Shown: piece after piece, positions 1 to 8,978 of the stretch | Layout: every line of letters starts with the position of its first letter | How positions within the stretch are numbered: position 1 is the first letter of the stretch | IMG/VR virus record: IMGVR_UViG_3300000233_000009 | Span: 4,087-68,086 of that record | Origin: a virus | Length of the DNA stretch: 64,000 nt | Reading direction: 5' to 3' (one strand) | Translations under genes and position numbers: made by a program | Notes under the pieces: generated by a model | Seen by the model: the letters and a program-made list of their open reading frames with translations, nothing else | Databases searched by the model: none | Told to the model about the DNA's origin: nothing

Positions 1-504
1 GGTGTTTAGCTGTGCTTGCTGTGCTGCTTTAGCATCTGCTGATAATGTGCTCCCTGCTAGCGCTGTACCTACATCGAATGCATTTTGGGCACTATCATTA
101 TACGCTTTTGACTGATCTACCAAACCTCTGTTGGTTGCAGCTTTCTCAAACGCAAACTGATCTTTAGCCATTTTCAATTTCTTTTGTGCTAAGTAGGCAC
201 TGTAGAGCCCTGTTAAAGCTTGCGCTCCTCTCATCCCCATATCAACGTAATCAGACAACCCTGTTTTAGGTGTGCCTGCATCTTTAGAGTCTATCATTAA
301 TAATCCTCCAAGATCTGTTGTAGGAGCTGTTTCTACAATTGGTAAGTCCATCGCTACCTCATCTGTTGACAGATATGGGCCTTCTACTACTGCTGCTGTT
401 GCTACTGGGGTATTGTTTACTAATCCCCCTGTTGTCCATTTACGATCTATATACTGAGTCGAAGGGGGGTTACCATTAATCAATTTCTTATTATTACTAG
501 CCAT
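1..504 (-). CDS. N4 gp52-like virion/ejection protein (3' end outside window; missing from ORF track)
   Basis: ATG at 504 after AGGAGAG; frame open to base 1 (MASNNKKLING...AYLAQKKLKMAKDQFAFEKAATNRGLVDQSKAYN); syntenic with N4 gp52. Confidence 0.7.
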   Translation of the reverse strand, partial: MASNNKKLINGNPPSTQYIDRKWTTGGLVNNTPVATAAVVEGPYLSTDEVAMDLPIVETAPTTDLGGLLMIDSKDAGTPKTGLSDYVDMGMRGAQALTGLYSAYLAQKKLKMAKDQFAFEKAATNRGLVDQSKAYNDSAQNAFDVGTALAGSTLSADAKAAQQAQLNT

Positions 505-565
505 TTCACTCTCCTGTGTAGTTTTAAATAAGCTATTAGCTATTTAGCTTAATTTACGTAAGGTA

Positions 566-574
566 ATTGTACCA
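566..574 (-). promoter_or_regulatory. extended -10 sigma70-type late promoter (TGGTACAAT)
   Basis: TGnTAnAAT in intergenic gap ~60 nt upstream of gp52-like start. Confidence 0.45.
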
Positions 575-577
575 CAT

Positions 578-2743
578 TTATCCTATTCTATACATTGTAT
601 CATAGTTATACAAAGACACTAATGTCTTCATGCTCTTAGATAGATCAAATGAGTCATATTGCAGTTGTACTGCTCTATAAATACTCATGTCTGGTTGGTC
701 TCTTCTAACTAAAGCAGGCTCTAAATTTGCTAATAGAGAGACCTCTGCTGTGCTCAACAGACTTGAAGATCCTGCCATCGCCGTTTCATATTCTTGCTTC
801 CTAGCAGTTATCAACCCATTAAATAGTGCAGCTTCTGCAGCAAGAGCTATAAGTTGGCTATCTAGGTCCTCCATGAATGCTTCTGAGTAATTACTAACAG
901 CAGTTGTAATCAGTTCAGCTGTTATTAGTGGTAGTGTTTGTGTTACCGTGTTTACATCACCTGCGTACAGCAAGGCAGCAGTAGCTATAACAGCAACCAC
1001 AGCTCTTAGTAACGGGTTTTCTATCTGTACTAACAGCAATTTTAACGCATACCCAACCCCTGCTGTGACTAACACTCCTCCTGCCCAGGCAAGCCATGCA
1101 GTAGCACCAGCCCCACCTTCAGGCAGAGTAAGTATGAATAGCACAATAGATATGACTATTATTACCACTTGTATGAAGTCCATAAATGCTTCTGTTTGGT
1201 AGTACTTTAAATGTTGTACATCAACTGCATATGTAACAAACCTTAGTATCTCTGGGAATAATTTTCCCTGCTCTATCGGAGAGAATTTACTTAGGAAGTA
1301 CTGACTTATAGGCATAACGACCAACACCCCTGGGGCTAGTATTGTAAATGCTACATCAGATAACCCCGCTTTCTTAATGATAGTAGCAGCACTAACATTC
1401 CATATTCTGTACTCTACATATTCATCTACTGTCTCTTGCCTTCTAGCCCATCCGTAGTACTTAGATTTTATGTCAGGAACCCATGTACTATTTTCATCAT
1501 AAGATCCGTCATCTACCGTCTCCTCACCTACACCTCCCTCATAAGTACCGACGACTACACCAGTTCTATACCCTACTACCCTATCTTGTCTTTCCCATGA
1601 TACACTGGTATTGTAATCTCCCTCTGTGACCATAATTTGGTGTGTGCCGTTACTTACCACAGCTGGGTCCAAAAATAAATAGTCCAATGTGCTGTACACT
1701 ATCTTAGCTTGTAGTGGGTTATTGCTCCCTACCTCACATCCAAAATAAATATATGCAGCAGTGACACTTTCTATACTAGAATTACTCTCTAGCCCTCCTA
1801 CCATAGTATCTACATCAATCCCAATAAACCCCAGGATCTCTTTAGTCTGCTTATACTTATCAGAATTCTTATCCGCAGTTACACTTATCCCGTTCTTACG
1901 CAGCTCAACAATAGGCAACATATCTAAGTCGGTTAAGTAGTTCCTGGCTGCATCTAACTCTGGTTTACCACTACCGATGAAATAAACCCACTTATACTCA
2001 TCTGTAGTACCGTCATTTACGTACGTGACTACATATGCTATATTGGGCGCGTAATTGCCTATAGCTATCGTAATAGTCGTTGCTGGAACACTCTGTAAAT
2101 GTGCTACTACTTTATACTGCCCCACTCCGTAATCATAATGGAAATTCTCCATTACCCAGTTAGCCTCCTCGTACCAGAACACCATGCTAGTTTGGCCCAT
2201 TCCGTATAGTTGTGTCATCTTGTAGTTGACCCAGTCCTCTTCTTTTGGCACCTGCACCTTGATGTCTACTACCGTAACCGCGGATCCCACATCCGCTTGA
2301 ACGTACCAGTCTACTATATCCTTATTCACACTTACCGTATTAATGGTAGTTTCTGGCAACCCATCATCGTACTTGTTCTTACCGTAGCTACTGTACTTTT
2401 GAACAGCACCCTTCATGCCTTGGCTCTTGGTGGCTAGTAAATCTATAATACCTAACTGTGTTGCTTGATGTTCTAATGCCACTTGTGTCATCAGGGTCTT
2501 GTAAAAGTCATTATTGCCACTCATAAGCTTTTGATCTTGTGCCTGTATTGTAATAACATCTTCATCATCTATACCTATTAGGGCAAAAAGTATGCCTAAC
2601 TGGTCAGACATAAATTTTTCACAGTCCTTACATAGAGTAGCAAGTATTAGGGCTCCCAAAGGAAACATGCTCATAAGTGAAACTACAACAACCGCAACAA
2701 CGACTTCCCATGCGTCCTCTAAAAATTCTAAAACCGCTCCCAT
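578..2743 (-). CDS. N4 gp53-like virion structural/ejection protein with N- and C-terminal hydrophobic helices
   Basis: 721 aa; position between gp52-like and gp54-like; KYYQTEAF followed by several TM-like segments; starts Met-Gly. Confidence 0.7.
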   Translation of the reverse strand: MGAVLEFLEDAWEVVVAVVVVSLMSMFPLGALILATLCKDCEKFMSDQLGILFALIGIDDEDVITIQAQDQKLMSGNNDFYKTLMTQVALEHQATQLGIIDLLATKSQGMKGAVQKYSSYGKNKYDDGLPETTINTVSVNKDIVDWYVQADVGSAVTVVDIKVQVPKEEDWVNYKMTQLYGMGQTSMVFWYEEANWVMENFHYDYGVGQYKVVAHLQSVPATTITIAIGNYAPNIAYVVTYVNDGTTDEYKWVYFIGSGKPELDAARNYLTDLDMLPIVELRKNGISVTADKNSDKYKQTKEILGFIGIDVDTMVGGLESNSSIESVTAAYIYFGCEVGSNNPLQAKIVYSTLDYLFLDPAVVSNGTHQIMVTEGDYNTSVSWERQDRVVGYRTGVVVGTYEGGVGEETVDDGSYDENSTWVPDIKSKYYGWARRQETVDEYVEYRIWNVSAATIIKKAGLSDVAFTILAPGVLVVMPISQYFLSKFSPIEQGKLFPEILRFVTYAVDVQHLKYYQTEAFMDFIQVVIIVISIVLFILTLPEGGAGATAWLAWAGGVLVTAGVGYALKLLLVQIENPLLRAVVAVIATAALLYAGDVNTVTQTLPLITAELITTAVSNYSEAFMEDLDSQLIALAAEAALFNGLITARKQEYETAMAGSSSLLSTAEVSLLANLEPALVRRDQPDMSIYRAVQLQYDSFDLSKSMKTLVSLYNYDTMYRIG

Positions 2744-3228
2744 TACAACACCTTTATACCTAGATACTTGAACAATTCAGGACCTTTAGCAGTAACACTT
2801 TTCCTCACTATGACCAATGGCTGTCCATTCTCATGACATGCCTTAATACTAGCACTAGTTGCCATAGATACAAAGTACTTCAATCCGCCTTTGTGAGGAG
2901 ATACCTTAATCTTATGCCAATCATACACATCGAACATGCTCTTCATTAGTATCAGCATACCTACTCTATCATACCTACACCACAGAGCTGCTCCTTGGTA
3001 TTCCCCATCTCTAAATAGGTTATACATTACCCCTATTTTCTTACCGTCCTTAGTAATCCTAAAGGCTAATCCTTGTCTTACAGACTCTTCCATCCTTTCT
3101 ATGTATTCTGATTCATTCACACTTACGTTATCTTGCAGTGCAAACCCCATATCAGCAACTATATGCTTCATTTCAGCCTTCACCAATGAGTATGTCGCCT
3201 CCTTACTTTTGTACGATGCGACTACCAT
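2743..3228 (-). CDS. hypothetical protein, putative GNAT-like acyltransferase
   Basis: 161 aa alpha/beta pattern (LAFRITKDGKKIGVMY); directly downstream of ACP and ketosynthase; stop overlaps gp53-like ATG (TAATG). Function inferred. Confidence 0.45.
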   Translation of the reverse strand: MVVASYKSKEATYSLVKAEMKHIVADMGFALQDNVSVNESEYIERMEESVRQGLAFRITKDGKKIGVMYNLFRDGEYQGAALWCRYDRVGMLILMKSMFDVYDWHKIKVSPHKGGLKYFVSMATSASIKACHENGQPLVIVRKSVTAKGPELFKYLGIKVL

Positions 3229-3235
3229 ATTAGCC

Positions 3236-4066
3236 TCATTTCAGCACCACACAACTTCCATACCAGTTTCCCATACCACTAGACACACATAGTACTCTTC
3301 CTTGTATATCTGGCTCATCTAATACCATGCATACTTCTATCAACCCACTCACACCTTGAGTATGCCCTATCTTTTCTTTATATCTTAGTTGAGGCTTGTA
3401 ATAGAATGATTCAGCAGTTTCATTTGTCTCAGTACCAGTACCATGAGGATTTACATAGTCACAGTCATTCATTACTCTCTTGTATCCACTCTTCGTTACA
3501 CCGAATGGATTTCTATTGTATTCGTACTCCCACTTACACTCAGATATGCCTTCACCTTTTCCTAGATGGATCACAGCACATCCTTCTCCTACTTTAAGAT
3601 CTATATTCATCTCATCAAAGATTCTCAATGTGTTGTAGCTTGTCTTCTCCTCGGCTATGATCACTACTTCATCGAATTCATCATCTAGTAGTCTCTCTGC
3701 TTCATATAGACTATACATAGAGCTAGCACAAGTATTCCCGTTAATGCTGGCATATCGAATATTATCTCTTCCATTAATCATCCCTATCCATCTGTGCATA
3801 CTATACGCTGCAGTCTCTCTGATACATGCTCCACTGTCTAACACATTCTCTCTTAGCTTTCCACTATCCACTACGTTTCTTGCTTCACTAGCTCCTAGCA
3901 ATACCCCACCAGCATACAGAATAGCTACTTTGCCATTCAGTTTTATTGAACTAATATACTCTTGCGTAATACTTATATATTGAGAAGTCATATATTCTTT
4001 CCTAGATAGACTTTCTACAATACCTTCTTCATTAGGCAGTATGTACTTATAACTTAGCACTTTCAT
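3236..4066 (-). CDS. beta-ketoacyl-ACP synthase (FabB/FabF-like ketosynthase, compact)
   Basis: Cys-His-His triad motifs NTCASS, NPHGTGT, KIGHTQGVSG; 276 aa. Confidence 0.9.
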   Translation of the reverse strand: MKVLSYKYILPNEEGIVESLSRKEYMTSQYISITQEYISSIKLNGKVAILYAGGVLLGASEARNVVDSGKLRENVLDSGACIRETAAYSMHRWIGMINGRDNIRYASINGNTCASSMYSLYEAERLLDDEFDEVVIIAEEKTSYNTLRIFDEMNIDLKVGEGCAVIHLGKGEGISECKWEYEYNRNPFGVTKSGYKRVMNDCDYVNPHGTGTETNETAESFYYKPQLRYKEKIGHTQGVSGLIEVCMVLDEPDIQGRVLCVSSGMGNWYGSCVVLK

Positions 4067-4283
4067 CTTGGATCCTATCTAGCATATTTTGTATAGTCAG
4101 AATTTCCCACTCAACAGTGTCTAACCACTCACTCTTGAAGCATTCATATTCTCTATCCAGTTCAAAGAACACCATAGTAGTACCAAACGAATCTACCCCA
4201 GCATCACTCCAAAGACTACTTTCAGTCACAGGGTTGCCATGCTCCTCTTTTAATACCGCGTTGATCTTTTCTAACGGGTTCAT
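4047..4283 (-). CDS. acyl carrier protein
   Basis: 78 aa acidic protein with phosphopantetheine site DAGVDSFG; overlaps ketosynthase start. Confidence 0.85.
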   Translation of the reverse strand: MNPLEKINAVLKEEHGNPVTESSLWSDAGVDSFGTTMVFFELDREYECFKSEWLDTVEWEILTIQNMLDRIQDESAKL

Positions 4284-4284
4284 A

Positions 4285-5388
4285 TTATTCTCCTAGTGGG
4301 TTATTAATTTTAGTAATACTCAGTGCATCCATAGCGCTCTTCATAATACTGTCAATTGGATTCACTTTAATAGCATCTGGAATAGAGTTTGCGTCCTGCG
4401 CCACTGAGTATGCTACACTCCAACTATCTAATGCTTGCTTAAGCAGTTTCTGTTTAGCATCATCATCAAATCCTTTAGTCTGTCGGATAATCAACGTTGT
4501 CTTTGCTTCTTCGCTTATGGCTTGTCTCTCACTAATTGGCTTCTGCAACACAAACGTTATAGACTGCTTCATAGCTTCTACCATAGAGGCTAGGTACACG
4601 TTAGCATAGTCAGTACCTGTAATTCTACCTTCCAGTAACTGCAATGCTAGATGCACATTGACTGCTTCCATCAGCTTATCAAACACTCCATTACCTTGTA
4701 CCATGGTTTGAGCTTGGCCTAAGGACGTAGGGCATCCACTAATAGTAGTTACATCAGTAATAGGAATAACAACAGTAGCAATCAACGTAATACTGACTGT
4801 GTAGGTATTGCTTAACACGCCATCACTTACACTGTACACAAACGAATCCGTACCTACTGTATCTAGTTTTGGCACATATACGAACGCACCGTTAGAGCTT
4901 ACTGTAGCAATTGCACCTGTAGTAGGAGTGGTTACTAATGAATATACAATAGTAGTTCCTTTTACATCAATAGCATTAGGTAACTCCCCTGTGTATGTAG
5001 TATTCTTAAACACAACAATATTGTAACTACTTGCTATAGGAGCGTCATTCACAGCTGTGACATTAAAGGTGAGTGTGTGTGTGATGGAATAGTTAGCCCC
5101 ATCACTGACCTGGTACTGAATAAAAGAGTATGCAGATCCATTAGTATTAGCCTCTGGAGTGTACACCAGCAGTCCTGCTTGTAGGCTAGCCATAGACACT
5201 TCCTGACCAACAGTCATAGGATTTGTGTCAAGAGTTAATAATCCCTTAACGGGGAGCGCCATAATTTTTACCTTAGCTAATGTATCCTCCACATCTGCAT
5301 CAGAGAATGGAAAGTTGGCCTCAGTTAGTACCTGTGGTATATCTTCATTGAATGTAACTACTGTGTTATAACTTGTAGGTGTTGCCAT
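4285..5388 (-). CDS. N4 gp54-like structural protein with two N-terminal cadherin/Ig-like domains
   Basis: C-terminal GNGVFDKLM...GRITGTDYANVY core; N-terminal NED...YTP...YQVSDG...VNDAP repeats. Confidence 0.75.
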   Translation of the reverse strand: MATPTSYNTVVTFNEDIPQVLTEANFPFSDADVEDTLAKVKIMALPVKGLLTLDTNPMTVGQEVSMASLQAGLLVYTPEANTNGSAYSFIQYQVSDGANYSITHTLTFNVTAVNDAPIASSYNIVVFKNTTYTGELPNAIDVKGTTIVYSLVTTPTTGAIATVSSNGAFVYVPKLDTVGTDSFVYSVSDGVLSNTYTVSITLIATVVIPITDVTTISGCPTSLGQAQTMVQGNGVFDKLMEAVNVHLALQLLEGRITGTDYANVYLASMVEAMKQSITFVLQKPISERQAISEEAKTTLIIRQTKGFDDDAKQKLLKQALDSWSVAYSVAQDANSIPDAIKVNPIDSIMKSAMDALSITKINNPLGE

Positions 5389-5408
5389 TTTATCTCCTTA
5401 GGGCATAT

Positions 5409-5432
5409 TAGTACACCTCAAGAGGTGCACTA
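5409..5432 (-). other. intergenic RNA hairpin (terminator or processing site)
   Basis: minus-strand TAGTGCACCTC-TT-GAGGTGTACTA with one G-U pair; no U tract. Confidence 0.4.
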
Positions 5433-5438
5433 TATAGA

Positions 5439-5972
5439 CTAGATCCCATCACGCATGATCTGGGCTTGTTTGAGACTTTCAATCTCTTCAGCTGTAAGCA
5501 AATCAAGATCAGTAATAGCATACTTGTTGATCTCTCTACGGGTAGTGATTTTACGCCCTTTAACATCTTTACCTTGCGCAGGAATAGCAACTTTCATACC
5601 TTTTAACATATTGTAGTACGCAGTTGGAATAGTCCATTCTACACCCAATGGTACACTCACCTTAGGCAATGACAATAAACTGTTACTAATACTATAAAAT
5701 GGGGTACTTGTGTAATCCTTCATGTCAGGGTCCATAGCCGTAACGATCACTCGCTTAGGAGCCATCATACCAATACGTGCGTTAGCCGCAGCGAACGCAA
5801 CCTTCTCTTCAGCAGACTTATCTACAGTCTCAGGTACTGATGGGCTAACCTTAGCAGCAATCAATGCACGCAACTTATCATCCGTGATGTTTGGTCTGTA
5901 TACTATACCTAACAAATCGGCTTTATCTTTTAATAACTCCCTAGGGGTAGGCACTTTTGATTCTTCGTCCAT
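5439..5972 (-). CDS. N4 gp55-like protein
   Basis: N-terminal LKDKADLLGIVYRPNITDDKLR, C-terminal LTAEEIESLKQAQ; follows MCP as in N4. Confidence 0.75.
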   Translation of the reverse strand: MDEESKVPTPRELLKDKADLLGIVYRPNITDDKLRALIAAKVSPSVPETVDKSAEEKVAFAAANARIGMMAPKRVIVTAMDPDMKDYTSTPFYSISNSLLSLPKVSVPLGVEWTIPTAYYNMLKGMKVAIPAQGKDVKGRKITTRREINKYAITDLDLLTAEEIESLKQAQIMRDGI

Positions 5973-6050
5973 ATTTTTATCCTTTATCTTTTAGAGGGTG
6001 ATACCTCATTATTTTAGTGTACCGCTCTAGCCTTAGCTATAGAATGCTAT

Positions 6051-7499
6051 TTAACCTTTGGCAAGAGTCCAGACCAAACCAAGCCATTCTGGTCTGAGGA
6101 TCATTGTACCTTGCCAGAACTGAATAGAACTGTATCCAAGTTTCTCAAACGGATCTTCAGGGTTAGCGAACGTACCAGGCTTACGTGTAATGATTTGGAA
6201 CTTGTCGTTAGTCCCACCACTTGATTGGAAACGGATATGAGCAAATGCCCCAGAGCCTACAACAAGCATAGGGTAAACATTGTATTTAACGCCGTCATTC
6301 AAGTAAGAAAGATCAGCACCTACAGCTTCACCAGCCCCTACATAACCCATCATCTGAGGGACCACAACGATACGAAATGCACCAATAGCCCCAATTTCGC
6401 CATGAAGTGTATTCACATACTTACCAGATACAGTAGACCGAGCGTACTTCTCAACAGGGACAAATGCACGTTCATTATGGTAATCAACCATACGCATGAT
6501 AGTTGGGATCATCTCAGAGCCAACAAACATATAACGTCCTGCGTTGATGTTGATAATGTCAGTATCTTGTGAACCAACAATTGCCTTAGTGTCACGCGTA
6601 CAACGATTGTCTTCCAAAGTCACATTTAACTTAACCAAGTCGTCATATGTGACTAATGAGTTCAACTCTGCAGTAGCGTTATACCCAGTAGTAGCAATAG
6701 ACTGTGCGTCCCCTGTAAAACGTACTACACCAGCACCATTTAGTAAGTCCATTTGCAGGATATCCTCAGTTACCTCACGAGCACCTCGTACAGCTTCACG
6801 GTTAATATGCATCATTAAGTCCATGTCAGTATCAAAATCCATAGAGTCTTTAGACCATTCATAGAAAAACCCGTAGTTCGCAATAGACCCTTCTAACTCA
6901 ATACGCTTGAACCCTACACGGTTTTTGTACCCACCTGTCTCAGTCAACGTAGGTAACTTGCCAGAGATATAGCCAGGATTCCTACTTGAGCCATACAAGT
7001 TACCCCCACCAGCAACAGCAGTGCCAACAGTTACAGTACCGTAGTTAGATACAGTAGAAGAAGTGCCATTAAAGTAAGCGGCTACGATCTCAGTGTATGT
7101 ATCATACGATGTATTCGTAGTGTCAATACCAAACTCTTGTTTAGCTAGTACTTTAACACGAGCTTGTGCAGCAGTCAATGCAGTAGAAGCATCAGTACCA
7201 TTGCCAACAGCATAGATAGGCATACCATTATTAGGGTTAATAGTAATAGTTACTTCATTAGTAGTACTTGCGCCTGTCGCATCAATTCCTTGGTCATTAA
7301 TATTTCTATCGTCCAATAGTGGAAGGTAGTGATACTTCTTGATCTTCTTACCGTAGTTTTTTGTTAAGCTCTCTGAGTCACCTAGTTGTGAGAAATACTC
7401 AACGTCTGCTGTCTCGATGATAGCTTTACGTTTGTACTCATACGTATTAAACTGCGTTCCAATAGTACTATCAGTACCATTTCCATATACTTGTGCCAT
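6051..7499 (-). CDS. major capsid protein (N4 gp56 family)
   Basis: YLPLLDDRNINDQGIDA, GNLYGSS, LPTLTETGG.KNRVGF, NVYPMLVVG motifs. Confidence 0.95.
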   Translation of the reverse strand: MAQVYGNGTDSTIGTQFNTYEYKRKAIIETADVEYFSQLGDSESLTKNYGKKIKKYHYLPLLDDRNINDQGIDATGASTTNEVTITINPNNGMPIYAVGNGTDASTALTAAQARVKVLAKQEFGIDTTNTSYDTYTEIVAAYFNGTSSTVSNYGTVTVGTAVAGGGNLYGSSRNPGYISGKLPTLTETGGYKNRVGFKRIELEGSIANYGFFYEWSKDSMDFDTDMDLMMHINREAVRGAREVTEDILQMDLLNGAGVVRFTGDAQSIATTGYNATAELNSLVTYDDLVKLNVTLEDNRCTRDTKAIVGSQDTDIININAGRYMFVGSEMIPTIMRMVDYHNERAFVPVEKYARSTVSGKYVNTLHGEIGAIGAFRIVVVPQMMGYVGAGEAVGADLSYLNDGVKYNVYPMLVVGSGAFAHIRFQSSGGTNDKFQIITRKPGTFANPEDPFEKLGYSSIQFWQGTMILRPEWLGLVWTLAKG

Positions 7500-7508
7500 T
7501 ACAAATCC

Positions 7509-8546
7509 TTAAATAAATTTAGCACCAGATTTCATCAGCTCCATAAACTCGTCATCACTCAATTTAGTTGGGTCATACTTCTTTACTGCATCTGATTTCT
7601 TCTTAGTGTTGATCCCTGCTTGTTTCTTTTGCGCGGTCACCTCAGGGGCTTGAACAGTCTCTACCTTAGGTTGTGGTACTGCTACCTTAGGAGCGTTGTG
7701 AACCATATCTGTAACAATTTTTTGGTACAGCTCCAGATCACTTAACCCCTTAGCCTTACCTAAAAGTCTCTTTTGATCTATAATACTCTGTACCTGCTCA
7801 TACCGTCCCATAGCGATCTCCTCATTGAGACCTCTAATCAACTCAGGATTTCGTATCATTTCTTCCCTAGATTTCTCATCCCATAGACCTGTCACCACTT
7901 TACTTGTTGTTTCAAATTCTGGTGTGTCCTTCAATTCATCAATTATCTCTTGGAATTCCAACTGGCTAACACTAATCCTATAGTCAGTAGGGCTGTAGGA
8001 AGTATCCTCCATATCCATCTCTAGCGGATCTACTCCAGCATCTTTCAATGCTTTCTTAATCACGCCTGCATTTCGATTCTTGAAATCCATCATCTCATTC
8101 AGCTCTTCATCAGAGACACCCTCAAGCATCTTGATTCGCCCCATATGAGGTTTCAGAGCAGTAGTTTTTAACGCATAGTTACTTGCCATAGACAAAGCTG
8201 TACGAATATCCTCTGCGCTCTTTAGCCCAGGCATCATCTTCTTATTCGCCTTATAGTCAGCCGTTACTTGCTCATAGAATGCTTTATAGTCTACACTATC
8301 CTTAGTTTCCTCAGTAGACTCTTTTGTCTCTGTTTCTGTGTCTTCTGTCGCATCATCAGCTTCTTGAGATTCTATCGTACCTTCTTCAGTTTCTTTCTCA
8401 CCAGTTTCTTTCTCGTCAGTTTCTGTGTCGGTTGGTTCTTCTTCCAAAGGTACTTCAGTGTCCTCAGTATTGTCTTCTACAGGAGGGTTACTCTGCATAT
8501 GCTTCTCAAACTCATCATCAGTCATTGTACTTAAATCAGCACTCAT
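7509..8546 (-). CDS. N4 gp57-like protein (scaffold / so-called tape measure)
   Basis: acidic N-terminus, C-terminal DPTKLSDDEF; immediately upstream of MCP. Confidence 0.75.
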   Translation of the reverse strand: MSADLSTMTDDEFEKHMQSNPPVEDNTEDTEVPLEEEPTDTETDEKETGEKETEEGTIESQEADDATEDTETETKESTEETKDSVDYKAFYEQVTADYKANKKMMPGLKSAEDIRTALSMASNYALKTTALKPHMGRIKMLEGVSDEELNEMMDFKNRNAGVIKKALKDAGVDPLEMDMEDTSYSPTDYRISVSQLEFQEIIDELKDTPEFETTSKVVTGLWDEKSREEMIRNPELIRGLNEEIAMGRYEQVQSIIDQKRLLGKAKGLSDLELYQKIVTDMVHNAPKVAVPQPKVETVQAPEVTAQKKQAGINTKKKSDAVKKYDPTKLSDDEFMELMKSGAKFI

Positions 8547-8548
8547 GA

Positions 8549-8884
8549 TTAATCCTCCTCTACATTAGAGCCACTAGCAATGAACTCTTCATTATCTTGT
8601 ATCGTCTGCAGTGCAGCGTGATAAGCCCCAGAAATCTTGAACCCGTATCCTACTAAGCTATTGATACCCTTTAGGTCTTCAATCAGCTTATTAGTATCAT
8701 ATGCGCCAGTATTCAAAGCAATACTCTTACCTAGCTCTGCAGCATGATTCTGAATATATCCTTGAGTGATAACCAAGGCGTAGTCTTCGTTTGCTAGAAG
8801 TCTCTTAAAGGCTTCACCACGCTCCACAGCTACCTTAGCAGCTCTCGTAGAGTCTTCAATCTGTTCGAGTTCTTCTGTTGTCAT
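8549..8884 (-). CDS. N4 gp58-like protein
   Basis: GEAFKRLLANEDYALVITQGY; start revised to MTTEE at 8884 (AAGGAA RBS). Confidence 0.7.
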   Translation of the reverse strand: MTTEELEQIEDSTRAAKVAVERGEAFKRLLANEDYALVITQGYIQNHAAELGKSIALNTGAYDTNKLIEDLKGINSLVGYGFKISGAYHAALQTIQDNEEFIASGSNVEED

Positions 8885-8978
8885 ATAATTCCTTTTCGTG
8901 TCCCTGCTGTGCAGGATGTCCTGATTTGAGCTTTTAAAGACTTTCACTTATTGGTCTATTATAGGCAATCCTAGCTAC

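Noticed and set aside
2620-2650. Lipoprotein lipobox in gp53-like (LATLC)
   Set aside because: Residue before Cys is Leu and the N-region is acidic, so it is not a signal peptide II
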